Source: Eledone cirrhosa
Taxonomy: Eukaryota
Length of the DNA stretch: 64,000 nucleotides
Assembly (NCBI GenBank): GCA_964016885.1
Contig: CAXHJY010001477.1
Location: 372,001-436,000, forward strand
Reading direction: 5' to 3'
The notes below the pieces were generated by a model, which saw nothing but the letters and a program-made list of their open reading frames with translations, was not told where the DNA came from and did no database searches. The position numbers and the translations under genes are program-made. Positions 1 through 13,300 of the stretch are shown here, one piece after another. The stretch's first letter is position 1. Each line of letters starts with the position of its first letter.

Positions 1-857
1 ACATAATCTATCACCTGAAGAAGGATAAATCACGTCTGAGTTTCTTAAATTAATCTATCACCTGAAGAAGGATAAATCACACCCAAGTTTGTTAACTTAA
101 TCTATCACCCGAAGAAGGATAAATCACACCTGAGTTTCTTAAATTAATCTATCACCTGAAGACGGATAAATAACACCCGAGTTTCTTAAATTAATCTATC
201 ACCTGAAGAAGGATAAATCACACCTGAGTTTCTTAAATTAATCTATCACCTTAAGAAGGATAAATCATACCTGAGTTTGTTAAATTAATCTATCACCTGA
301 AGAAGGATAAATAACACCCGAGTTTCTTAAATTAATCTATCACCTGAAGAAGGATAAATCACACCTGAGTTTGTTAAATTAATCTATCACCTGAAGAAGG
401 AGAAATCACACCCGAGTTTCTGAACTTAATCTATCACACGAAGAAGGATAAATCACACCTGAGGTTCTTAAATTAATCTATCACCTGAAGAAGTATAAAT
501 CACACCAGAGTTTCTTAAATTAATCTATCACCTGAAGAAGGATAAATCATGTCTGAGTTTCTTAAATTAATCTATCACCTGAAGAAGGAGAAATCACACC
601 CAAGTTTGTTAACTTAATCTATCACCTGAAGAAGGATAAATCACACCTGAGTTTCTTAAATTAATCTATCACCTGAAGAAGCATAAATCACACCCGAGTT
701 TGTTAAATTAATCTATCACCTGAAGAAGGATAAATCACACCTGAGTTTGTTAAATTAATCTATCACCTGAAGAAGGATAAATAACACCTGAGTTTATTAA
801 ATTAATCTATCACCTGAAGAAGGATAAATCACACCTGAGTTTGTTAAATTAATCTAT

Positions 858-2597
858 CACATGAAGACGGATAAATAACACCCGAGTTTCTTAAATTAAT
901 CTATCACCTGAAGAAGGATAAATCACACCCGAGTTTTTCATATTAATCAATCACCTGAAGAAGCATAAATCACACCCGAGTTTGTTAAATTAATCTATCA
1001 CCTGAAGAAGGAGAAATCACACCCGAGTTTGTTAACATAATCTATCACCTGAAGAAGGATAAATCACACCTGAGTTTCTGAAATTAATCTATCACCTGAA
1101 GGAGAATAAATCACACCTGAGTTTCTTAAATTAGTCTATCACCTGAAGAAGGATAAATCACACCAGAGTTTCTTAAATTAATCTATCACCTGAAGAAGGA
1201 TAAATCACACCTGAGTTTGTTAAATTAATCAATCACCTGAAGAAGGAGAAATCACACCTGACTTTGTCAAATTAATCTATCACCTGAAGAAGTATAAATC
1301 ACACCAGAGTTTCTTTAATTAATCTATCACCTGAAGAAGGATAAATCACACCTGAGTTTCTTAAATTAATCAATCACCTGAAGAAGTATAAATCACACCA
1401 GAGTTTCTTAAATTAATCTATCACCCCAAGAAGGATAAATCACGTCTGAGCTTCTTAAATTAGTCTATCACCTGAAGAAGGATAAATCACACCCGAGTTT
1501 GTTAACATAATCTATCACCTGAAGAAGGATAAATCACGTCTGAGTTTCTTAAATTAATCTATCACCTGAAGAAGAATAAATCACACCTGAGTTTCTTAAA
1601 TTAATCTATCACCTGAAGAAGGCTAAATCATGTCTGATTTTCTTAAATTAATCTATCACCTGAAGAAGGAGAAATCACACCCAAGTTTGTTAACTTAATC
1701 TATCACCTGAAGAAGGAGAAATCACACCTGAGTTTGTTAAATTAATCTATCACCTGAAGAAGGATAAACCACACCCGAGTTTCTTAAATTAATCTATCAC
1801 CTGAAGAAGCATAAATCACACCCGAGTTTGTTAAATTAATCTATCACCCGAAGAAGGATAAATCACACCTGAGTTTGTTAAATTAATCTATCACCTGAAG
1901 AAGGATAAATCACACCTGAGTTTATTAAATTAATCTATCACATGAAGACGGATAAATAACACCCGAGTTTCTTAAATTAATCTATCACCTGAAGAAGGAT
2001 AAATCACACCCGAGTTTTTTATATTAATCAATCACCTGAAGAAGCATAAATCACACCCGAGTTTGTTAAATTAATCTATCACCTGAAGAAGGAGAAATCA
2101 CACCCGAGTTTGTTAACATAATCTATCACCTGAAGAAGGATAAATCACACCTGAGTCTCTGAAATTAATCTATCACCTGAAGGAGAATAAATCACATCTG
2201 AGTTTCTTAAATTAGTCTATCACCTGAAGAAGGATAAATCACACCAGAGTTTCTTAAATTAATCTATCACCTGAAGAAGGATAAATCACACCTGAGGTTG
2301 TTAAATTAATCAATCACCTGAAGAAGTATAAATCACACCAGAGTTTCTTAAATTAATCTATCACCTGAAGAAGGATAAATCGCACCTGAGTTTCTTAAAT
2401 TAATCTATCACCTGAAGAAGGATAAATAACATCTGAGTTTCTTAAAATTAATCTATCACCTGAAGAAGGATAAATAACACCTGACTTTGTTAAATTAATC
2501 TATCACCTGAAGAAGTATAAATCACACCAGAGTTTCTTTAATTAATCTATCACCTGAAGAAGGATAAATCACACCTGAGTTTGTTAAATTAATCTAT
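858..2597 (+). repeat. Representative higher-order repeat unit: 37 monomers, 1,740 bp (23-mer + 14-mer sub-blocks)
   Basis: Lines 841-1380 recur almost verbatim at 2581-3120 (offset 1,740 = 37x47+1, the +1 from a 48-bp monomer at ~2445). The marker CACATGAAGACGG lies at 858, 1939 and 2598 (1,081 = 23x47; 659 = 14x47+1). The 1,740 offset also links 9961/11701, 19801/21541, 23461/25201, 28801/30541 and 32461/34201. Confidence 0.9.
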
Positions 2598-5500
2598 CAC
2601 ATGAAGACGGATAAATAACACCCGAGTTTCTTAAATTAATCTATCACCTGAAGAAGGATAAATCACACCCGAGTTTTTCATATTAATCAATCACCTGAAG
2701 AAGCATAAATCACACCCGAGTTTGTTAAATTAATCTATCACCTGAAGAAGGAGAAATCACACCCGAGTTTGTTAACATAATCTATCACCTGAAGAAGGAT
2801 AAATCACACCTGAGTTTCTGAAATTAATCTATCACCTGAAGGAGAATAAATCACACCTGAGTTTCTTAAATTAGTCTATCACCTGAAGAAGGATAAATCA
2901 CACCACAGTTTCTTAAATTAATCTATCACCTGAAGAAGGATAAATCACACCTGAGTTTGTTAAATTAATCAATCACCTGAAGAAGGAGAAATCACACCTG
3001 ACTTTGCCAAATTAATCTATCACCTGAAGAAGTATAAATCACACCAGAGTTTCTTTAATTAATCTATCACCTGAAGAAGGATAAATCACACCTGAGTTTC
3101 TTAAATTAATCAATCACCTGAAGAAGTATAAATCACACCAGAGTTTCTTCAATTAATCTATCACCCCAAGAAGGATAAATCACGTCTGAGCTTCTTAAAT
3201 TAATCTATCACCTGAAGAAGGATAAATCACACCGAGTTTGTTAACATAATCTATCACCTGAAGAAGGATAAATCACGTCTGAGTTTCTTAAATTAATCTA
3301 TCACCTGAAGAAGAATAAATCACACCTGAGTTTCTTAAATTAATCTATCACCTGAAGAAGGCTAAATCATGTCTGATTTTCTTAAATTAATCTATCACCT
3401 GAAGAAGGAGAAATCACACCCAAGTTTGTTAACTTAATCTATCACCTGAAGAAGGAGAAATCACACCTGAGTTTGTTAAATTAATCTATCACCTGAAGAA
3501 GGATAAACCACACCCGAGTTTCTTAAATTAATCTATCACCTGAAGAAGGATAAATGACACCCGAGTTTTTTATATTAATCAATCACCTGAAGAAGCATAA
3601 ATCACACCCGAGTTTGTTAAATTAATCTATCACCTGAAGAAGGAGAAATCACACCCGAGTTTGTTAACATAATCTATCACCTGAAGAAGGATAAATCACA
3701 CCTGAGTCTCTGAAATTAGTCTATCACCTGAAGGAGAATAAATCACATCTGAGTTTCTTAAATTAGTCTATCACCTGAAGAAGGATAAATCACACCAGAG
3801 TTTCTTAAATTAATCTATCACCTGAAGAAGGATAAATCACACCTGAGTTTCTTAAATTAATCAATCACCTGAAGAAGTATAAATCACACCAGAGTTTCTT
3901 AAATTAATCTATCACCTGAAGAAGGATAAATAACACCTGACTTTGTTAAATTAATCTATCACCTGAAGAAGTATAAATCACACCAGAGTTTCTTTAATTA
4001 ATCTATCACCTGAAGAAGGATAAATCACACCTGAGTTTGTTAAATTAATCTATCACATGAAGACGGATAAATAACACCCGAGTTTCTTAAATTAATCTAT
4101 CACCTGAAGAAGGATAAATCACACCCGAGTTTTTCATATTAATCAATCACATGAAGAAGCATAAATCACACCCGAGTTTGTTAAATTAATCTATCACCTG
4201 AAGAAGGATAAATCACACCTGAGTTTCTGAAATTAATCTATCACCTGAAGGAGAATAAATCACACCTGAGTTTCTTAAATTAGTCTATCACCTGAAGAAG
4301 GATAAATCACACCAGAGTTTCTTAAATTAATCTATCACCTGAAGAAGGATAAATCACACCTGAGTTTGTTATATTAATCAATCACCTGAAGAAGGAGAAA
4401 TCACACCTGACTTTGCCAAATTAATCTATCACCTGAAGAAGTATAAATAACACCAGAGTTTCTTTAATTAATCTATCACCTGAAGAAGGATAAATCACAC
4501 CTGAGTTTCTTAAATTAATCAATCACCTGAAGAAGTATAAATCACACCAGAGTTTCTTAAATTAATCTATCACCCCAAGAAGGATAAATCACGTCTGAGC
4601 TTCTTAAATTAATCTATCACCCGAAGAAGGATAAATCACACCCGAGTTTGTTAACATAATCTATCACCTGAAGAAGGATAAATCACGTCTGAGTTTCTTA
4701 AATTAATCTATCAGCTGAAGAAGAATAAATCACACCTGAGTTTCTTAAATTAATCTATCACCTGAAGAAGGCTAAATCATGTCTGATTTTCTTAAATTAA
4801 TCTATCACCTGAAGAAGGAGAAATCACACCCAAGTTTGTTAACTTAATCTATCACCTGAAGAAGGAGAAATCACACCTGAGTTTGTTAAATTAATCTATC
4901 ACCTGAAGAAGGATAAACCACACCCGAGTTTCTTAAATTAATCTATCACCTGAAGAAGCATAAATCACACCCGAGTTTGTTAAATTAATCTATCACCCGA
5001 AGAAGGATAAATCACACCTGAGTTTGTTAAATTAATCTATCACCTGAAGAAGGATAAATCACACCTGAGTTTATTAAATTAATCTATCACATGAAGACGG
5101 ATAAATAACACCCGAGTTTCTTAAATTAATCTATCACCTGAAGAAGGATAAATCACACCCGAGTTTTTTATATTAATCAATCACCTGAAGAAGCATAAAT
5201 CACACCCGAGTTTGTTAAATTAATCTATCACCTGAAGAAGGAGAAATCACACCCGAGTTTGTTAACATAATCTATCACCTGAAGAAGGATAAATCACACC
5301 TGAGTCTCTGAAATTAATCTATCACCTGAAGGAGAATAAAGCACATCTGAGTTTCTTAAATTAGTCTATCACCTGAAGAAGGATAAATCACACCAGAGTT
5401 TCTTAAATTAATCTATCACCTGAAGAAGGATAAATCACACCTGAGTTTGTTAAATTAATCAATCACCTGAAGAAGTATAAATCACACCAGAGTTTCTTAA

Positions 5501-5829
5501 ATTAATCTATCACCTGAAGAAGGATAAATCACACCTGAGTTTCTGAAATTAATCTATCACCTGAAGAAGGATAAATAACATCTGAGTTTCTTAAAATTAA
5601 TCTATCACCTGAAGAAGGATAAATAACACCTGACTTTGTTAAATTAATCTATCACCTGAAGAAGTATAAATCACACCAGAGTTTCTTTAATTAATCTATC
5701 ACCTGAAGAAGGATAAATCACACCTGAGTTTGTTAAATTAATCTATCACATGAAGACGGATAAATAACACCCGAGTTTCTTAAATTAATCTATCACCTGA
5801 AGAAGGATAAATCACACCCGAGTTTGTTA

Positions 5830-8648
5830 ACATAATCTATCACCTGAAGAAGGATAAATCACGTCTGAGTTTCTTAAATTAATCTATCACCTGAAGAAGG
5901 ATAAATCACACCCAAGTTTGTTAACTTAATCTATCACCCGAAGAAGGATAAATCACACCTGAGTTTCTTAAATTAATCTATCACCTGAAGACGGATAAAT
6001 AACACCCGAGTTTCTTAAATTAATCTATCACCTGAAGAAGGATAAATCACACCTGAGTTTCTTAAATTAATCTATCACCTTAAGAAGGATAAATCATACC
6101 TGAGTTTGTTAAATTAATCTATCACCTGAAGAAGGATAAATAACACCCGAGTTTCTTAAATTAATCTATCACCTGAAGAAGGATAAATCACACCTGAGTT
6201 TGTTAAATTAATCTATCACCTGAAGAAGGAGAAATCACACCCGAGTTTCTGAACTTAATCTATCACACGAAGAAGGATAAATCACACCTGAGGTTCTTAA
6301 ATTAATCTATCACCTGAAGAAGTATAAATCACACCAGAGTTTCTTAAATTAATCTATCACCTGAAGAAGGATAAATCATGTCTGAGTTTCTTAAATTAAT
6401 CTATCACCTGAAGAAGGAGAAATCACACCCAAGTTTGTTAACTTAATCTATCACCTGAAGAAGGATAAATCACACCTGAGTTTCTTAAATTAATCTATCA
6501 CCTGAAGAAGCATAAATCACACCCGAGTTTGTTAAATTAATCTATCACCTGAAGAAGGATAAATCACACCTGAGTTTGTTAAATTAATCTATCACCTGAA
6601 GAAGGATAAATAACACCTGAGTTTATTAAATTAATCTATCACCTGAAGAAGGATAAATCACACCTGAGTTTGTTAAATTAATCTATCACATGAAGACGGA
6701 TAAATAACACCCGAGTTTCTTAAATTAATCTATCACCTGAAGAAGGATAAATCACACCCGAGTTTTTCATATTAATCAATCACCTGAAGAAGCATAAATC
6801 ACACCCGAGTTTGTTAAATTAATCTATCACCTGAAGAAGGAGAAATCACACCCGAGTTTGTTAACATAATCTATCACCTGAAGAAGGATAAATCACACCT
6901 GAGTTTCTGAAATTAATCTATCACCTGAAGGAGAATAAATCACACCTGAGTTTCTTAAATTAGTCTATCACCTGAAGAAGGATAAATCACACCAGAGTTT
7001 CTTAAATTAATCTATCACCTGAAGAAGGATAAATCACACCTGAGTTTGTTAAATTAATCAATCACCTGAAGAAGGAGAAATCACACCTGACTTTGTCAAA
7101 TTAATCTATCACCTGAAGAAGTATAAATCACACCAGAGTTTCTTTAATTAATCTATCACCTGAAGAAGGATAAATCACACCTGAGTTTCTTAAATTAATC
7201 AATCACCTGAAGAAGTATAAATCACACCAGAGTTTCTTAAATTAATCTATCACCCCAAGAAGGATAAATCACGTCTGAGCTTCTTAAATTAGTCTATCAC
7301 CTGAAGAAGGATAAATCACACCCGAGTTTGTTAACATAATCTATCACCTGAAGAAGGATAAATCACGTCTGAGTTTCTTAAATTAATCTATCACCTGAAG
7401 AAGAATAAATCACACCTGAGTTTCTTAAATTAATCTATCACCTGAAGAAGGCTAAATCATGTCTGATTTTCTTAAATTAATCTATCACCTGAAGAAGGAG
7501 AAATCACACCCAAGTTTGTTAACTTAATCTATCACCTGAAGAAGGAGAAATCACACCTGAGTTTGTTAAATTAATCTATCACCTGAAGAAGGATAAACCA
7601 CACCCGAGTTTCTTAAATTAATCTATCACCTGAAGAAGCATAAATCACACCCGAGTTTGTTAAATTAATCTATCACCCGAAGAAGGATAAATCACACCTG
7701 AGTTTGTTAAATTAATCTATCACCTGAAGAAGGATAAATCACACCTGAGTTTATTAAATTAATCTATCACATGAAGACGGATAAATAACACCCGAGTTTC
7801 TTAAATTAATCTATCACCTGAAGAAGGATAAATCACACCCGAGTTTTTTATATTAATCAATCACCTGAAGAAGCATAAATCACACCCGAGTTTGTTAAAT
7901 TAATCTATCACCTGAAGAAGGAGAAATCACACCCGAGTTTGTTAACATAATCTATCACCTGAAGAAGGATAAATCACACCTGAGTCTCTGAAATTAATCT
8001 ATCACCTGAAGGAGAATAAATCACATCTGAGTTTCTTAAATTAGTCTATCACCTGAAGAAGGATAAATCACACCAGAGTTTCTTAAATTAATCTATCACC
8101 TGAAGAAGGATAAATCACACCTGAGGTTGTTAAATTAATCAATCACCTGAAGAAGTATAAATCACACCAGAGTTTCTTAAATTAATCTATCACCTGAAGA
8201 AGGATAAATCACACCTGAGTTTCTTAAATTAATCTATCACCTGAAGAAGGATAAATAACATCTGAGTTTCTTAAAATTAATCTATCACCTGAAGAAGGAT
8301 AAATAACACCTGACTTTGTTAAATTAATCTATCACCTGAAGAAGTATAAATCACACCAGAGTTTCTTTAATTAATCTATCACCTGAAGAAGGATAAATCA
8401 CACCTGAGTTTGTTAAATTAATCTATCACATGAAGACGGATAAATAACACCCGAGTTTCTTAAATTAATCTATCACCTGAAGAAGGATAAATCACACCCG
8501 AGTTTTTCATATTAATCAATCACCTGAAGAAGCATAAATCACACCCGAGTTTGTTAAATTAATCTATCACCTGAAGAAGGAGAAATCACACCCGAGTTTG
8601 TTAACATAATCTATCACCTGAAGAAGGATAAATCACACCTGAGTTTCT
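5830..8648 (+). repeat. Near-identical copy of 1-2819 (offset 5,829 bp, 124 monomers)
   Basis: The rare variant TTAAGAAGGATAAATCATAC is at 251 and 6080, and CACACGAAG...GAGGTTC is shared. The copies diverge at 2820/8649. One difference seen: CGCAC at 2381 vs CACAC at 8210. Confidence 0.88.
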
Positions 8649-10330
8649 TAAATTAATCTATCACCTGAAGAAGCATAAATCACACCCGAGTTTGTTAAAT
8701 TAATCTATCACCTGAAGAAGGATAAATCACACCTGAGTTTGTTAAATTAATCTATCACCTGAAGAAGCATAAATCACACCCGAGTTTGTTAAATTAATCT
8801 ATCACCTGAAGAAGGATAAATCACACCTGAGTTTGTTAAATTAATCTATCACCTGAAGAAGGATAAATAACACCTGAGTTTATTAAATTAATCTATCACC
8901 TGAAGAAGGATAAATCACACCTGAGTTTGTTAAATTAATCTATCACATGAAGACGGATAAATAACACCCGAGTTTCTTAAATTAATCTATCACCTGAAGA
9001 AGGATAAATCACACCCGAGTTTTTCATATTAATCAATCACCTGAAGAAGCATAAATCACACCCGAGTTTGTTAAATTAATCTATCACCTGAAGAAGGAGA
9101 AATCACACCCGAGTTTGTTAACATAATCTATCACCTGAAGAAGGATAAATCACACCTGAGTTTCTGAAATTAATCTATCACCTGAAGGAGAATAAATCAC
9201 ACCTGAGTTTCTTAAATTAGTCTATCACCTGAAGAAGGATAAATCACACCAGAGTTTCTTAAATTAATCTATCACCTGAAGAAGGATAAATCACACCTGA
9301 GTTTGTTAAATTAATCAATCACCTGAAGAAGGAGAAATCACACCAGAGTTTCTTTAATTAATCTATCACCTGAAGAAGGATAAATCACACCTGAGTTTGT
9401 TAAATTAATCTATCACATGAAGACGGATAAATAACACCCGAGTTTCTTAAATTAATCTATCACCTGAAGAAGGATAAATCACACCCGAGTTTTTCATATT
9501 AATCAATGACCTGAAGAAGCATAAATCACACCCGAGTTTGTTAAATTAATCTATCACCTGAAGAAGGAGAAATCACACCCGAGTTTGTTAACATAATCTA
9601 TCACCTGAAGAAGGATAAATCACACCTGAGTTTCTGAAATTAATCTATCACCTGAAGAAGCATAAATCACACCCGAGTTTGTTAAATTAATCTATCACCT
9701 GAAGAAGGATAAATCACACCTGAGTTTGTTAAATTAATCTATCACCTGAAGAAGCATAAATCACACCCGAGTTTGTTAAATTAATCTATCACCTGAAGAA
9801 GGATAAATCACACCTGAGTTTGTTAAATTAATCTATCACCTGAAGAAGGATAAATAACACCTGAGTTTATTAAATTAATCTATCACCTGAAGAAGGATAA
9901 ATCACACCTGAGTTTGTTAAATTAATCTATCACATGAAGACGGATAAATAACACCCGAGTTTCTTAAATTAATCTATCACCTGAAGAAGGATAAATCACA
10001 CCCGAGTTTTTCATATTAATCAATCACCTGAAGAAGCATAAATCACACCCGAGTTTGTTAAATTAATCTATCACCTGAAGAAGGAGAAATCACACCCGAG
10101 TTTGTTAACATAATCTATCACCTGAAGAAGGATAAATCACACCTGAGTTTCTGAAATTAATCTATCACCTGAAGGAGAATAAATCACACCTGAGTTTCTT
10201 AAATTAGTCTATCACCTGAAGAAGGATAAATCACACCAGAGTTTCTTAAATTAATCTATCACCTGAAGAAGGATAAATCACACCTGAGTTTGTTAAATTA
10301 ATCAATCACCTGAAGAAGGAGAAATCACAC
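8355..10330 (+). repeat. Tandem duplication of a 21-mer block (987 bp)
   Basis: CACATG markers at 8427/9414 and 8944/9931, and GCAT at 8673/9660, are all offset by 987 = 21x47. Confidence 0.8.
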
Positions 10331-13300
10331 CTGACTTTGTCAAATTAATCTATCACCTGAAGAAGTATAAATCACACCAGAGTTTCTTTAATTAATCTAT
10401 CACCTGAAGAAGGATAAATCACACCTGAGTTTCTTAAATTAATCAATCACCTGAAGAAGTATAAATCACACCAGAGTTTCTTAAATTAATCTATCACCCC
10501 AAGAAGGATAAATCACGTCTGAGCTTCTTAAATTAGTCTATCACCTGAAGAAGGATAAATCACACCCGAGTTTGTTAACATAATCTATCACCTGAAGAAG
10601 GATAAATCACGTCTGAGTTTCTTAAATTAATCTATCACCTGAAGAAGAATAAATCACACCTGAGTTTCTTAAATTAATCTATCACCTGAAGAAGGCTAAA
10701 TCATGTCTGATTTTCTTAAATTAATCTATCACCTGAAGAAGGAGAAATCACACCCAAGTTTGTTAACTTAATCTATCACCTGAAGAAGGAGAAATCACAC
10801 CTGAGTTTGTTAAATTAATCTATCACCTGAAGAAGGATAAACCACACCCGAGTTTCTTAAATTAATCTATCACCTGAAGAAGCATAAATCACACCCGAGT
10901 TTGTTAAATTAATCTATCACCCGAAGAAGGATAAATCACACCTGAGTTTGTTAAATTAATCTATCACCTGAAGAAGGATAAATCACACCTGAGTTTATTA
11001 AATTAATCTATCACATGAAGACGGATAAATAACACCCGAGTTTCTTAAATTAATCTATCACCTGAAGAAGGATAAATCACACCCGAGTTTTTTATATTAA
11101 TCAATCACCTGAAGAAGCATAAATCACACCCGAGTTTGTTAAATTAATCTATCACCTGAAGAAGGAGAAATCACACCCGAGTTTGTTAACATAATCTATC
11201 ACCTGAAGAAGGATAAATCACACCTGAGTCTCTGAAATTAATCTATCACCTGAAGGAGAATAAATCACATCTGAGTTTCTTAAATTAGTCTATCACCTGA
11301 AGAAGGATAAATCACACCAGAGTTTCTTAAATTAATCTATCACCTGAAGAAGGATAAATCACACCTGAGGTTGTTAAATTAATCAATCACCTGAAGAAGT
11401 ATAAATCACACCAGAGTTTCTTAAATTAATCTATCACCTGAAGAAGGATAAATCACACCTGAGTTTCTTAAATTAATCTATCACCTGAAGAAGGATAAAT
11501 AACATCTGAGTTTCTTAAAATTAATCTATCACCTGAAGAAGGATAAATAACACCTGACTTTGTTAAATTAATCTATCACCTGAAGAAGTATAAATCACAC
11601 CAGAGTTTCTTTAATTAATCTATCACCTGAAGAAGGATAAATCACACCTGAGTTTGTTAAATTAATCTATCACATGAAGACGGATAAATAACACCCGAGT
11701 TTCTTAAATTAATCTATCACCTGAAGAAGGATAAATCACACCCGAGTTTTTCATATTAATCAATCACCTGAAGAAGCATAAATCACACCCGAGTTTGTTA
11801 AATTAATCTATCACCTGAAGAAGGAGAAATCACACCCGAGTTTGTTAACATAATCTATCACCTGAAGAAGGATAAATCACACCTGAGTTTCTGAAATTAA
11901 TCTATCACCTGAAGGAGAATAAATCACACCTGAGTTTCTTAAATTAGTCTATCACCTGAAGAAGGATAAATCACACCACAGTTTCTTAAATTAATCAATC
12001 ACCTGAAGAAGGAGAAATCACACCTGACTTTGCCAAATTAATCTATCACCTGAAGAAGTATAAATCACACCAGAGTTTCTTTAATTAATCTATCACCTGA
12101 AGAAGGATAAATCACACCTGAGTTTCTTAAATTAATCAATCACCTGAAGAAGTATAAATCACACCAGAGTTTCTTCAATTAATCTATCACCCCAAGAAGG
12201 ATAAATCACGTCTGAGCTTCTTAAATTAATCTATCACCTGAAGAAGGATAAATCACACCGAGTTTGTTAACATAATCTATCACCTGAAGAAGGATAAATC
12301 ACGTCTGAGTTTCTTAAATTAATCTATCACCTGAAGAAGAATAAATCACACCTGAGTTTCTTAAATTAATCTATCACCTGAAGAAGGCTAAATCATGTCT
12401 GATTTTCTTAAATTAATCTATCACCTGAAGAAGGAGAAATCACACCTGAGTTTGTTAAATTAATCTATCACCTGAAGAAGGATAAACCACACCCGAGTTT
12501 CTTAAATTAATCTATCACCTGAAGAAGGATAAATGACACCCGAGTTTTTTATATTAATCAATCACCTGAAGAAGCATAAATCACACCCGAGTTTGTTAAA
12601 TTAATCTATCACCTGAAGAAGGAGAAATCACACCCGAGTTTGTTAACATAATCTATCACCTGAAGAAGGATAAATCACACCTGAGTCTCTGAAATTAGTC
12701 TATCACCTGAAGGAGAATAAATCACATCTGAGTTTCTTAAATTAGTCTATCACCTGAAGAAGGATAAATCACACCAGAGTTTCTTAAATTAATCTATCAC
12801 CTGAAGAAGGATAAATCACACCTGAGTTTCTTAAATTAATCAATCACCTGAAGAAGTATAAATCACACCAGAGTTTCTTAAATTAATCTATCACCTGAAG
12901 AAGGATAAATAACACCTGACTTTGTTAAATTAATCTATCACCTGAAGAAGTATAAATCACACCAGAGTTTCTTTAATTAATCTATCACCTGAAGAAGGAT
13001 AAATCACACCTGAGTTTGTTAAATTAATCTATCACATGAAGACGGATAAATAACACCCGAGTTTCTTAAATTAATCTATCACCTGAAGAAGGATAAATCA
13101 CACCCGAGTTTTTCATATTAATCAATCACATGAAGAAGCATAAATCACACCCGAGTTTGTTAAATTAATCTATCACCTGAAGAAGGATAAATCACACCTG
13201 AGTTTCTGAAATTAATCTATCACCTGAAGGAGAATAAATCACACCTGAGTTTCTTAAATTAGTCTATCACCTGAAGAAGGATAAATCACACCAGAGTTTC

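Noticed and set aside
56-74. Hairpin or structured RNA from TATCACCT-GAAGA-AGGATA
   Set aside because: It has only about 6 bp of stem with a 2-nt bulge, and common variants (GTATA, GCATA, GGAGA) disrupt it without compensatory change. There is no support for an ncRNA, ribozyme or terminator.
62-75. Shine-Dalgarno-like AAGGAG/AAGGA and AT-rich promoter-like boxes
   Set aside because: No start codon or ORF follows; these are incidental matches inside a satellite.
55-75. TAL1-GATA1 composite element (E-box + GATA)
   Set aside because: TGATAG (minus strand) overlaps the E-box, and GGATAA is non-consensus and only 6 bp away. The spacing does not fit the known ~9-bp composite.
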